The position numbers and the translations under genes are program-made. Shown piece by piece: positions 52,157 to 64,000 of a stretch of 64,000 nt of DNA. The stretch spans positions 84,940,001-85,004,000 of the forward strand of contig NC_043000.1 of assembly GCF_006345805.1 (NCBI RefSeq), written 5' to 3'. Source of the stretch: Octopus sinensis. Taxonomy: Eukaryota. The number at the start of each line of letters is the position of its first letter. The first letter of the stretch is position 1. Under the pieces are notes generated by a model that was not told the origin of the DNA, made no database searches, and was given only the letters and a program-made list of their open reading frames with translations.

Positions 52157-52706
52157 TCCTGCTCGACTCTCTCGTCACTGACACGTGACGAAAGAGAATC
52201 TATCTTTCTGATTATTACCTTCGTAAAGACAACAACGTGCTTATACTGTCTCCTTCATAAGCTCGTCCTAGCGTTCATAATAATTTTTCTATGTGTTTAT
52301 TTTTACTGTTTTGTTCTCACTGTCCTGTTCTTGTTACCATTTTCACCCCCCGCAAAAAATCCCATATTTTATTTAATTTGCTTTCGGGAAGGACTGTTTC
52401 AACGAAGTCGCGTCTTGTTCTTACCTTCGAACGCAGAGTAGATGAAACAGGGACAACTGAAGAACGGAAATATTCTTTATGTTGTATGTCTTGTTTCTCT
52501 GTTTCTTTTTTCGTTGTTCAAAAAAAAAGTTCGTTTCTATGTTTTTGTTTCTATGTTTTCGTTTCTCACTGTGTTCAACGTTTTTTTTATGTCCTGTACC
52601 CATATATGAATATATATATACATATATATGTAGGTATATGCATATATATATACATATATATGTAGGTATGTACATATATGTATGTATATATGCATCTATT
52701 ATTTAT

Positions 52707-52758
<52 letters not shown>

Positions 52759-52760
52759 AA

Positions 52761-52886
52761 AAGAAAATGACGATATAGCATTTAATACAAATTTGTTATC
52801 AGCAAAAATCCAACTTATTCTCAAGAGAATATGATGGATTTTTGCAAATAATAAGTTTTTATTAAATGCTATATCGCCATTTTCTT
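52761..52886. repeat. Short fold-back next to (TA)n
   Basis: AAGAAAATGACGATATAGCATTTAATA / TATTAAATGCTATATCGCCATTTTCTT with inner GCAAAAATCCA / TGGATTTTTGC. Confidence 0.8.
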
Positions 52887-54461
52887 AATTTTCGTTTGAA
52901 TGATTATAAACCATGATTTATATATAGACCTATTATTTTATGAATATTATTATTCGCAACAATATTAGGTAATGAACCAGTAATTCATTGGATATTACTA
53001 TCTCTTAATGAGGCTAATTTAACCTCTAACTGAATATATATATATATTTTGTGTAAGGAACCTCCCCTTTCTCTCTGCGCAGGAAAAACCATTATAGTAT
53101 CTATAAAAAGGGCAGAGTAAGAAGGCAACGCATCTATGACAAATGGTGAAGTGTATCGGTAACTTCACAGCAGTCAGTCGAGTAGAATTCATTTGGATGT
53201 GCTCCATATTGTTCGTGTATGAAACAACGACCCTCCCAACAGCTGGAGCAGTATTCCAGTACTGAGCTTTCGAAGAGAATCGTGAAATATTCGGAGCTGA
53301 AACACCTTCCGATCTTAAAGAATATTAATTAAGGAATAATAATTTATGGGAAGAAATTTGTACATCAACCCCCAGAAATCATGGTGTGCATAAATCGCAT
53401 CTACTTTAGGCAGGTCCACAAAGATTTCAAATCTCAGAAGGCTCAAATGTTCTGTAGAGTTCTGCTATACCTCTGTTAACTCTGTCACATATATTGAAGA
53501 TGATAGCCGACTCCAAGTGAAGAACATTCTCGAGTACCTAAACTGATAAACAACAATAACAACTTGGTGAAAAGGACGCTTTCAGTTGTATTCGTCTGTC
53601 TGCTAACAAACAACACTTCATTTAATTTCGATACAGACATAGATACTGAAGTCTCTAGACGGACATTTTCTTTGAGGTAAACATTTCACAGAAGTATTAT
53701 ACATACAGAAAATAATGTATAAATTCTAAAACATTTAATTATAACGTAGGAATAGACATGAATTGAACATCAAGAGCCAAAACTCAGTTTCTGGTGAAAG
53801 GTGACAGGTATGACAAAGACTGCAAACGAAAAGAAAATTCAATAAACTCAAAGACGACTACAAAAACATGTAGAAAGTAATATTTCTTAGAATAACAACT
53901 ATTATTACGAAAAGAGAGAGATAGACTATTATTACGAGAGGAGAGGGAGAACGAGAGAGAAATATTAAAATATGTGACATTCAAAGACAAGATGTAGTTG
54001 TACAGTAAATAATAACCTTCATAACATTAAACTAAGAGGAAGAATATAGAAATGAATTCGATAGCATGCGTGGGCGTGTGTGTATGTATATGTGTATGTA
54101 TGTTCGTGTCTGTATTGTGTTTGTGTGTATGTTTGACGAATAAAAATAACGCCAATATAAAAGTAATAATACAAGAACGATATCACTGAAAAGACCAAGT
54201 AGCTGCTAATACGTTGGAGTAGAACACTATGAAGGGGAGACTGCTTTCTGTCGTAAGCACGTATATAGTCATTAAACGTGTCTCTCACTTACATTCAATG
54301 TTTTTTTTTTTTTCTCTCGTTAGCTTGTCTTGAGTCTCACGCTCCACCATTGCGCTGAGCTATCATAATTGCACAGCTCCTCTATTTCGAACCAATTTTG
54401 CTACATACAACAAATGTGGACTTACAACTCGATATTATTATTGTTATTGTTGTTGTTATTA

Positions 54462-54642
54462 AGTACCGGGCAAAATGCTTAGCGGCATTTTCGTCCGTCT
54501 TCACGTTCTGCGTTCATATTCCGCTGAGGTTACCTTTGCCTTTCATCCCTTCGGGATCGATGAAATAAGTATCAGTCAAGCACTGGAGTAATCGACTTAC
54601 TCCTCCCGCAAAATTTCAAGCCTTATGCCTATTTTAGAAAGG

Positions 54643-54645
<3 letters not shown>
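54462..54645 (+). mobile_element. SINE family A with (ATT)n tail
   Basis: GGGCAAAATGCTTAGCGGCATTT...TTTGCCTTTCATCC...TAGAAAGGATTATT. Confidence 0.8.
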
Positions 54646-54709
<64 letters not shown>

Positions 54710-54817
54710 TTACTGCTTGGAATCGAACTCGGAATCTTCTATAATAATAATAATAATAATAATAATAACATCGTAAAATACCTTAGGAATGAGAATCCAG
54801 GTTCGAAATTTACCCCA

Positions 54818-54864
54818 AAGCACCTGATGAAAGCTGGAGAGTATATAAGCCGAAAAGTTGTGTT
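54818..54864 (+). ncRNA. Degenerate minimal type I hammerhead motif
   Basis: GCAC-CTGATGA-AAGCT..AGCC-GAAAA-GTT-GTGT; position 15.2 is A rather than C. Confidence 0.5.
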
Positions 54865-54984
54865 AACAACAAACAAGATGAGGACAAATATCCGTCAAAT
54901 GTAAATAATGTACATAATTCTTCATCTCTTAAATATAGAACAGGAGCAATCACATTACTCGTTGACTGGTTTGAAATAATGACA

Positions 54985-55165
54985 GGACGGCGAGCTGGCA
55001 TAGTGGTTAGCACGCCAGGCAAAATACTTAATGACATTTCGTCCACTTCACATTGTGAGTTCGAATTCCACCGAGGTTGACTTTGCTTTTATCCTTTAGG
55101 GGTCGATAAAATAAGTACCAGTTGAACACTGGATAGAATGTAATCGACTTGTCCCGCCCACCCGA
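54985..55165 (+). mobile_element. SINE family A
   Basis: GGCGAGCTGGCATAGTGGTTAGCACGCC..GAGTTCGAATTCCACCGAGG..GGGTCGATAAAATAAGTACC. Confidence 0.85.
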
Positions 55166-55944
55166 ACAATTTGCAGATTTTCCCATTTGGAGTCAGTTGC
55201 TTAAAAGCTATATACACGCTTAAAAGCCGCCCTATCGTGCGTTAGTTGCTTAAGAGCTACATACTAGCTTATTAGGCAGCAACCTTCTTGCCCACACGAT
55301 CACGGATTATTGCTGATTTTCAGGAACCAATTTATAATTATCTCTATTTTCAGATATTTTTTCTTTAATTAGATAAATTTTTCTTTCATTTTCGCAATAC
55401 GTCGCTATACTTAGGGATTGATACTCCAAAATGGCGGCACTTTCTTGCCTGATGGCCAACGTCTGATCTATTTCTCTCGATTCCTCTTTCCTTATGTCCT
55501 GAGAAATCTCTTAATATTGTTGTTTTGTCATTCTTTGGGACATACGCAGTCTACCGGATGCGTGGTTATCTAATTTCTTAAACTTTAGGGAAATAAGAGC
55601 TACAAAATATCCCTGGAGAGAACGCTAGTCTATGTTAGGCAATAATTCCTGCAGAAAGAAGCAATTCCCTTATCACTATTTCGAAAAAATGATTCAGTGT
55701 ATGTTTCACTGATGAATATATTAATAGAGCTATAATATATTTGTGCTTCACAGGCTCGGGCAAACTATCCAAATTGATATTTGCGGTTTTAGTTTGACTT
55801 GTTAATGGTGCATGAATCCATGTACATACATTACATTACATAGGCATACATCAGCATTACCCTTCCATAAACCCCTACATACAAGCATACATACATGCAT
55901 GCATACACACACACACACATACACAGAAACAGAGGGGAAGAGAT

Positions 55945-55946
55945 AA

Positions 55947-55987
<41 letters not shown>

Positions 55988-55988
55988 G

Positions 55989-56035
<47 letters not shown>

Positions 56036-56070
56036 TAGACAAACAGATATATGGATTAGACAGACAGATT

Positions 56071-56110
<40 letters not shown>

Positions 56111-56210
56111 GCCAGACAGACAAACAGACATACAGACAGACAGACAGACAGACAGACAGACTGACAGACAGATAATAGATAGATAGATAGATAGATAGAT
56201 GAGAGATAGA

Positions 56211-56242
<32 letters not shown>

Positions 56243-56278
56243 TAGACAAACAGATATATGGATTAGACCAGACAGATT

Positions 56279-56318
<40 letters not shown>

Positions 56319-56329
56319 GCCAGACAACA

Positions 56330-56370
<41 letters not shown>

Positions 56371-56538
56371 TAGCAGATAGATAGATAGATAGATGATAGA
56401 TAGATAGATAGATAGATAGATGATAGTAATAGATAAATAGATAGATAGATAGATATAGATAGAGATAGATAGATAGATAGATAGATGATAGATAGATAGA
56501 TAACAGATGACAACAGATATGGATTAGACAGACAGATT

Positions 56539-56580
<42 letters not shown>

Positions 56581-56585
56581 TAGAC

Positions 56586-56668
<83 letters not shown>

Positions 56669-56690
56669 CATACATACATATCTACACACA
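55945..56690. repeat. Compound (GATA)/(GACA) array with higher-order duplications
   Basis: Unique motif ACAGATAT(AT)GGATTAGAC..GACAGATTGA recurs at about 56043, 56250 and 56513. Confidence 0.92.
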
Positions 56691-57311
56691 TACATACATG
56701 CATAAACTCATACACACAGGGATACACACACGTACGCAGAAAGAGAGAGTGAAAAATCTCAGGTGCATAGGACTATATTTTTCCTCGGCACACATAAAAC
56801 TGAAATGCTATATTAAAAATAGACACCAAGATGTACATCCATTCATTTATAACCAATCTCCAAAATGCCTGGGCTTGATGACACTATTCTTATTACGCTG
56901 TAGCTGTGTAACTCTGCCTGTTGCATTTATAGTTGTTTTACGGTTCTTCTGTTTATTCTTGCCTTGATGGAAAAATACTTCTATTTCCATTTGTTTGCAT
57001 ATCATTTTAAGCTACATATAAATGTCAGTGTGTACACACGACCTCTCTATATTTTCTCTCTGCCTTTCTCTTTAATATGTGTGTGTATGAGTGTGTGTAA
57101 ATGTATGTAAGTGTGTGTGTGGTGGGGTGTATCTTTCTCTTCCTCTGTCATTATCCTCAAAGCCCTTGCTACGTATCTTTTTCACTTTGCATCATCTCTC
57201 AATTTTCTCATTCATATACACACTAACATGTTATATTCACAGATGTAGGTATCTTTAACAGTGTATCTATATTCATAAAATTTCAGGTCTTCTTATAATA
57301 TATTAATATAA

Positions 57312-57387
<76 letters not shown>

Positions 57388-57805
57388 ATATATGCATCTA
57401 CATATATGCATACACAAATACATATATATATATAGAGAGAAGACGTATATTTGTATATATGTAACTGTCTACACATGCGTGCCTACGTATATATGTACTT
57501 AGATATACATATATATTACTATATTTGCATACATACACATGTGCATTTGTATGCATACATTTTTAATAAATGTATGGATGTGCATGTACACACACAATAT
57601 ACGCATATATAATAGCGTGCGCACACACACACACACGCACACATGCATACATATATATATATATATAATGCCACTTCATTTGTTTTTTCGCAAATGTAGT
57701 CTCTCATTTATACAACCTTCTCTTTCATTTAAAGTAACATACATTCTCTGTCTCCACATCTCTTTCTACTCTATACACTCACTCTCACTCTCTCTCTCTC
57801 TCGTC

Positions 57806-57846
<41 letters not shown>

Positions 57847-58427
57847 TACACACACTCACTTCTCATTACAAAGTACCTTTTAGCCATCAAATACGTTTGC
57901 CATTACTGTGAAACAATCTTTGTACCACGAAATATATAATTGATGGAAGAGATATGTTCATATAAACGTGAAACCATATAGGTTCCAGGACCAAGAAAAT
58001 AAATTAGATGGGGGCCGAAACGTTCAACTGATAATTCATAACAGTATGCTTATAATTCTTTACAGTATAATTCATTACAGAATGCTGGCTGGTCCCTTTG
58101 GTTTCTGGTTCTGGTTCTGGTTTCAAATCATGATGGTGTCATCTTTACTGTTTATTTCATAAGAACCACGATCTAGCAACAAAAATCTATGAAAGTCGCT
58201 CAGCCTAGAGAAATAACACCCAAATCTTCCTGAAATAAAACCCATGCTCGGAGCATGGATTTCATCCGAAGCGATCTTCGATTATAAAACAAAATACATC
58301 ATTAATCGCCTAATTTAGATCTTTTACATCTTACTTATTTCAGTCATTCAGTTTCAGCCAAGCAGCGGTTAGGGACAAACACAAACATATACATATGCAT
58401 ACATACATACTACATAAAATATATATT

Positions 58428-58471
<44 letters not shown>

Positions 58472-58474
58472 ATG

Positions 58475-58703
58475 CGCCCTTTTCAAGCCTAGCCAGTCTC
58501 ATGGGCTCGGTTTCCCGGTTTCTATGGCGTATGTGTTCCCCAGCTGGACGGGACGCCAGTCCATAGCAGCGTTACTCATTTTTGCCAACTGAGTGGACTG
58601 GACCAACGTGAAATGAAGTGTTTTGCTCAAGAACACAACGCGTCGCCGGGTCCAGGAAGCGAAACCACAATCTTACGATCATGATGCTAAGCCACGCGCC
58701 TTC
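58475..58703 (-). mobile_element. tRNA-derived SINE (family C head)
   Basis: Minus GAAGGCGCGTGGCTTAG..GATCGTAAGATTGTGGTTTCG..GACGCGTTGTGTTCTTGAGCAA. Confidence 0.75.
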
Positions 58704-58735
58704 ACTATATATATATTATATATATATATATATAT

Positions 58736-59115
58736 AGGCGCAGAAGTGGATGTGTGGTAAGTGACTGCGTGGCATCTTGGGCAAGTGTCTTCTGCTATAG
58801 CCCCGGCCGACCAATGCCTTGTGAGTGGATTTGGTAGACGGAAACTGAAAGAAGCCTGTCGTATAATGTATGTATATATATATATATGTATGTGTGTGTT
58901 TGTTTGTGTTTTTTTTGTCCCCTAGCATTGCCTGACAACCGATGCTGGTGTGTTTACGTCCCCTCACTTAGCGGTTCGGCAGAAGAGACCGATATAATAA
59001 GTACTGGGCTTACAAAGAATAAGTTCCGGGGTCGATTTGCTTGACTAAAGGCGGTGCTCCAGCATGGCCGCAGTCAAATGACTGAAACAAGTAAAAGAGT
59101 AAAGAGTAAAAGAGA
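58736..59115 (+). mobile_element. Full-length SINE family B
   Basis: GGCGCAGAAGTGG..GGGCAAGTGTCTTCT..GCCTTGTGAGTGGATTTGGTAGACGGAAACTG..GACTGAAACAAGTAAAAGAG. Confidence 0.88.
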
Positions 59116-59142
59116 GTATGTATATATATATATATATATATA

Positions 59143-59665
59143 TAGTATTAATTAATAGGAAATGGATTTTGTATTAGACCTTTATTAGGTGCAACATTTG
59201 TTTCGTCCCATCAGTCCGGATCTCTTCAAGTACATTGATAAAGATGTCTCACAAGAGATTTATAGTGTCGGCTTGCTTATTGTTATATGCCGATCGAGTT
59301 AGGAAATGAATGAAAGCAAATGTATATGCACGAACATAAAACTACTTGACTAGGTATTAATCTTCCTTTCTCCTTCTACTTTCTTTTCCCTCTAAGCAGT
59401 TATGACAGCGAAGGCTGATAAGGTCATTTTATCTAAAATGGAACGCAAGTTTTCCACGTTCATATTTGAATATTCTGCGTTTCTATAATATTGTTTGCTT
59501 TTATTCATTCCCTAACTTGATCAGTGTATAACAAGCCAGCTGACACTAAAAATTTCCAGTGAGACGTCTTTATCAATGTACATGAAGAGACCCAGACTGA
59601 TGGGCAGAAACATATGTTGTTCCTAATAAAGTCTAATAGGAAATCCTTCTCCTATTAATATTATT
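59143..59665. repeat. Diverged fold-back element, arms about 175 bp, with degenerate hammerheads
   Basis: 59143-59320 versus 59494-59665; (T/A)TGAAGA-GA.CC...GG..-GAAAC-A.AT-GTT; same family as 38737-39022. Confidence 0.8.
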
Positions 59666-59769
59666 ACCCTAACTGCCACTGCGGAGTTCCAGGAGTAGAT
59701 TCAACGGAAGTGTACCACAACTGCCTTTCCGGTTAAAAAGTACCTAGAATCATAACGTCAACAAAATAT

Positions 59770-59870
59770 CGGAGTTACCAACAACGCTATGGAACAAAAT
59801 GTTGGAAATTTAAAGATTAAAGAAACCATTCTTATTAAAGAATAAAAATCCAGCCTTAACAAAAGACCTG
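59770..59870 (+). pseudogene. Remnant of a PLE GIY-YIG endonuclease C-terminus
   Basis: VGNLKIKETILIKE*KSSLNK from 59801 resembles the PLE L.I.E...I....P.LN motif; short. Confidence 0.4.
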
Positions 59871-60532
59871 ATTTATGCGATGATCATTGACTGATTACCA
59901 CTCAAAATCTGTGCTTATCACAAGCCCCTTTTCCTATTTCTCCATATCTCTGTGAAGATTAGAGGTAAACCTAGTTTCCAGTTTTTCTAGGTGAGAAATT
60001 GTTTATCAGCCAAAATATTGTCACCCAATGACTTATAAACCTTTAGCAATCTCTCGGATATTTTAGCTATGGTATAAGGAAGGTGTGATGTGCGGGCTGA
60101 GTTGCACTGAACCTCAATGAGTGATATGCTAGAAGCCAAGTGAAAGAGTTTAAATTTAGAAATTTCCAAGGAGTGGACGAAGTTTGGTGAAAGATGAAAA
60201 TACATGATGGACGCTGCATACGTACTTATGTAAATACATAGATACATGCATACACACACACACACACACACCAATACACATATATAACTTTTAAACGCTG
60301 AGGAAAAGAGAGGAAATTGGGTTTGAGGAAAACGTATCATTAAGGAAAGAGGGGCCGATAAGTTGACAGAAGTTGATCACATGCAGCGTTTATGCTGTCC
60401 ATCATAAAAAAGAACACTCATACGCATATACATACGCATACATAAACATACAGAGACACACACATACATACATATATATACACATAGGCACACACACAAA
60501 TGTCTACTATATTATGGAGTGTGTGTCCGTGT

Positions 60533-60563
<31 letters not shown>

Positions 60564-60733
60564 GCATCTTATAACTGTCTACCTGTCAGTCGGAACGGAA
60601 CAAGGTCGTAAGTCGAGAAGGTGTACTTCAAATGAATTACACAATACTAACATGCGTGTGTGTATATGCATGAATATACAAAAACCTATATAAACATACA
60701 TACACACATATATACATACATAAGTACACATAT

Positions 60734-60786
<53 letters not shown>

Positions 60787-60797
60787 ATATATATATA

Positions 60798-60963
60798 TGC
60801 GACGGGCTTCTATCATTTTCTGTCTACAAATCCACTCAAAAAGGCTTTGGTCGACCCGAGGCTATAGTTGAAGGCACCCGACCAAGGTGCCATGCAGTAG
60901 GACTGAACCCAGAACCATGTAGTTTTGGGAAGCAATCTTCTTATCACACAGACAAACTTGCGC
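60798..60963 (-). mobile_element. SINE family B, 5' half
   Basis: CAAATCCACTCAAAAGGCTTTGG..GGACTGAACCC. Confidence 0.75.
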
Positions 60964-61034
60964 CTATTGTGGTGTGTATGTATTGACATATTCATACTTA
61001 CATGCATACACACACACACACACCACACACACAC

Positions 61035-61117
<83 letters not shown>

Positions 61118-61165
61118 GATAGATAAGAAAGTTGGTTTGTGAAAGCACGTAGTTGAATATATAGA

Positions 61166-61523
61166 AAATAGTAAAAGTGAAAAAACTACAGAAGGCTTAA
61201 AGGTTAAAATATATATATTTGCGTCAATATGTCTGAAGAATATTAAAAAATTTTTTTTTCTTTACAATGACATAATTTAGAAGAAAGAACGGTTTCGCGT
61301 TTAGCCTTTCAAATTTCTTACGACGTTATGTTTATGTTGAATAACTCTATTCAACATAAACATAACGTCGTAAGAAATTTGAAAGGCTAAACGCGAAACC
61401 GGTCTTTCTTCTAAACTATGTCATTGTAAAGAAAAAAAAAAAATTTTTTATATTCTTCAGACATATTGACGCAAATATATAATTTTTTAACCTTTAAGCC
61501 TTCTGTAGTTTTTTCACTTTTTA

Positions 61524-61529
<6 letters not shown>
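61166..61529. repeat. Near-perfect 360-bp palindrome (4-nt loop at 61344-61347) ending at (TA)n
   Basis: Arms 61166-61343 / 61348-61529; each arm has GC-TAAAC-GC-GAAAC-CG-GTC with stem I AAGAAA/TTTCTT. Confidence 0.93.
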
Positions 61530-61565
<36 letters not shown>

Positions 61566-61768
61566 AAGTAAAATTGAAAGTACAGCACGAGTGAAAATGT
61601 ATAGGGAAGAGGATTTGAAAATGCAGAGGTCTTTTAAAGATGTTTATTGACTTGACTGGTTTCACATTTTTTAAAGAAGAATTTTCAAAAGTAAAGTGCA
61701 AGGTTTTGTGTAGCCTTTGTAGTTGTTAAAAATTAGTTAACATAGATGTATTAAGATACAGTGATACA

Positions 61769-61799
<31 letters not shown>

Positions 61800-62745
61800 C
61801 GTGTGCGTGTGTGTGAATAATAACGGAAACCAGTTAGTGGGATATCGAATACTTTTAATGATACGAACATTTCAAGTAGTTGCTTAACAAGTGCTTCTTC
61901 AGCTATCCACTTTCTTCGCACAATCACTTAAAACGGACGTGTCGTTAAATGTATGTGAACTAGGATTCTGTCGTTATTAAAATATCATGGGATTCATAAT
62001 TCTGATGGTTTTATCTATTTTTGCATGGGCAATATAAGTATTCAGTAATACTTGTATAGTGGTATGTCAATCTAAACAGTGAATAACGTGTATTACATTA
62101 AAACATACTGCTAAATACACACACACACCACACACACACACATTTTGTTTAGGCATTGCGAGACCAATAACCCGACGTAGAATTCAATATACGTATATTT
62201 CAGAACGAACCGTTGGCTGAGTATAGAACGGTAAAAAGAAACAAGAGATGACAAAGGAATAAACGATTTTTGAAGAGGAGGATATAGACACCCAGAACAT
62301 GGAAAACAAGACCCGTCAAAGGGCGGAGGAACTCGTAAGAGTCAATAGCCATCCAGTAGTGTGTCTATAGAAGAGTTACCCTCAATGACGAAAAATTCCC
62401 CGAGCCTGGGTCACAGAGAAGTCACGGGGAGCAGCATAGCGAATGTGAAGTTATGCATCTTGATCTTCATTCGGTGAAACTACACGACAGAGTCAGAGCC
62501 TCTTCAGCCGACTGTCAGTCAAGGGTCAACTAATCTTATTAGAGGTTTACTGGATTATCCATTCAGCCTCCGCCATAGTGGTTAGTCAACCCCTGTACCT
62601 AGTAACGTTACTAGTTATGCGTTTCTATCTCCTCCTTTACCTACCTATCTTCATGTATTAATTTATTTTAATTCATTTTAAATTTATTTTTCATTCATCT
62701 TCATTTTATTTATATTTCAGTATATTTTAAATATATAATTTAATT

Positions 62746-62790
<45 letters not shown>

Positions 62791-62792
<2 letters not shown>

Positions 62793-62955
62793 CGCAGTAG
62801 TGGCTGTGTGTTAAGAAGTTTGCTTCCCACCACATGATTCTGAGTTCAATCCCACTGCGTGACATCTTGGGCAAGTATCTTCTATTATAGCCTCGGACTG
62901 ACCAAAGCCTTGTGAGTGGATTTGGTAGATGGAAACTGAAAGAAGACCGTCATAC
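62791..62955 (+). mobile_element. SINE family B, 5' half
   Basis: GGCGCAGTAGTGGCTGTGTGTTAAGAAG..GAGTTCAATCCCACTGCG..GGGCAAGT. Confidence 0.85.
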
Positions 62956-62995
62956 ACAAACACACACACACATATAAATATATATATCTATATAT

Positions 62996-63290
62996 CACCG
63001 TGACCGACCAGGCTATCAGATGTTGCTACACACTGCTGGTCACAATGCGCTTCGCATTGTTTTAGCCTTCAAATGACGCCACCCCGCTGGCTAAGCGAGC
63101 AGGCCAACAGAAGAAAGAGTGAGAGAAAGTCGTGGCGAAAGAGTACTGCAGGAATCGCCACTACTCCCTGCTGGAGATCGTGGAGCTTTAGGTGTTTTCA
63201 CTCAATAAACACCCACAACGCCCGGTCTGGGAATCGAAACCGCGATCCTACGACCGCGAGTCCACTGCCCTGACCACTGGGCCATTGCAC
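62996..63290 (-). mobile_element. tRNA-derived SINE (another body type)
   Basis: Minus-strand head GGTGCAATGGCCCAGTGGTCAGGGCAGTGGACTCGCGGTCGTAGGATCGCGGTTTCGATTCC. Confidence 0.75.
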
Positions 63291-63344
<54 letters not shown>

Positions 63345-63496
63345 TAAGAGATAATGGTATCATTGAGACCCAAAGGTGTCAGGTAATGCTGAATAAGTGC
63401 TATAGACAGACCATAGTTAAGTTCCAGATTCGGTAATATTGCGAATAAAAGGTTCAACGTTGGTTCTATGTCACCGTATGTATATATGAATTTTTA

Positions 63497-63681
63497 GCGT
63501 AATGAGATACAAAAACTAAGGCTGTATAGATATTAGAGCATTTATAGATAGAAGGTCTTACAGCTGTTTCTAGAATATTAATTAATATTTCAATTAATAT
63601 TCTAGAAACAGCTGTAAGACCTTCTATCTATATATGCTCTAATATATATATACAGCCTTGGTTTTTTTTTATCTCATTCGC
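63497..63681. repeat. Palindrome (8-nt loop) ending at (TA)n
   Basis: Arms 63497-63583 / 63592-63681; GAAAC-AGCT-GTA at 63605-63616. Confidence 0.9.
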
Positions 63682-63754
<73 letters not shown>

Positions 63755-63769
63755 TGTATGTATTTATGT

Positions 63770-63972
63770 ATTTGTGTGCCTGTGTTTATCAACCCATCAT
63801 CGCTTGACAACTGATGTTGGTGTATTTACGTCCCGCAACTTAGCGGTCAGGCAAAAGAAACTGATATAATAAGTACTAGAATAAACCCTGGGATCGATTT
63901 GCTTGACTAAAGATGGTGCTCCGGCATGGCCGCACTCAAATGACTGAAACATGGTAAAACAATAAAAGAATA
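63770..63972 (+). mobile_element. SINE family B, 3' half
   Basis: CGCTTGACAAC..TTAGCGG..AATAAGTACT..GGTGCTCCGGCATGGCCGCA. Confidence 0.8.
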
Positions 63973-64000
63973 CACACACACACACACATACATACTTATA

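Overview
AT-rich eukaryotic repeat landscape with very dense microsatellites. The SINE families and microsatellite spectrum suggest a cephalopod (Octopus-like) genome; this is an inference. No host gene can be supported, and most predicted ORFs are microsatellite translations. Real coding remnants are all retroelements: (1) a young Naiad-type Penelope-like element (PLE; RT + GIY-YIG) at 10400-14486, with an inverted 5' segment and a partial tandem copy inside (TA)n; (2) a full-length Tx1/L1-clade LINE (18765-24290, minus, 18-bp TSD) nested in a 480-bp direct-repeat element with its own 9-bp TSD; (3) a 5'-truncated R4/Dong-like LINE in (TAA)n (41057-42996); (4) an ORF1-only LINE derivative inserted in a SINE head (45031-47228). 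There are also many tRNA-type SINEs, a probable hAT-type MITE and a Helitron-like end. The most notable unexplained pattern is a set of about 12 small non-coding elements, mostly in or next to (TA)n. They are either partial tandem repeats (1.2-1.4-mers of 358-560 bp units) or fold-back palindromes. Most carry complete or degenerate minimal hammerhead-ribozyme motifs with palindromic stem III, and several share the inverted/tandem architecture of the autonomous PLE. This suggests a PLE-driven, ribozyme-bearing (retrozyme-like) non-autonomous system. All alignments and folds were done by eye; boundaries are approximate unless a TSD is given.
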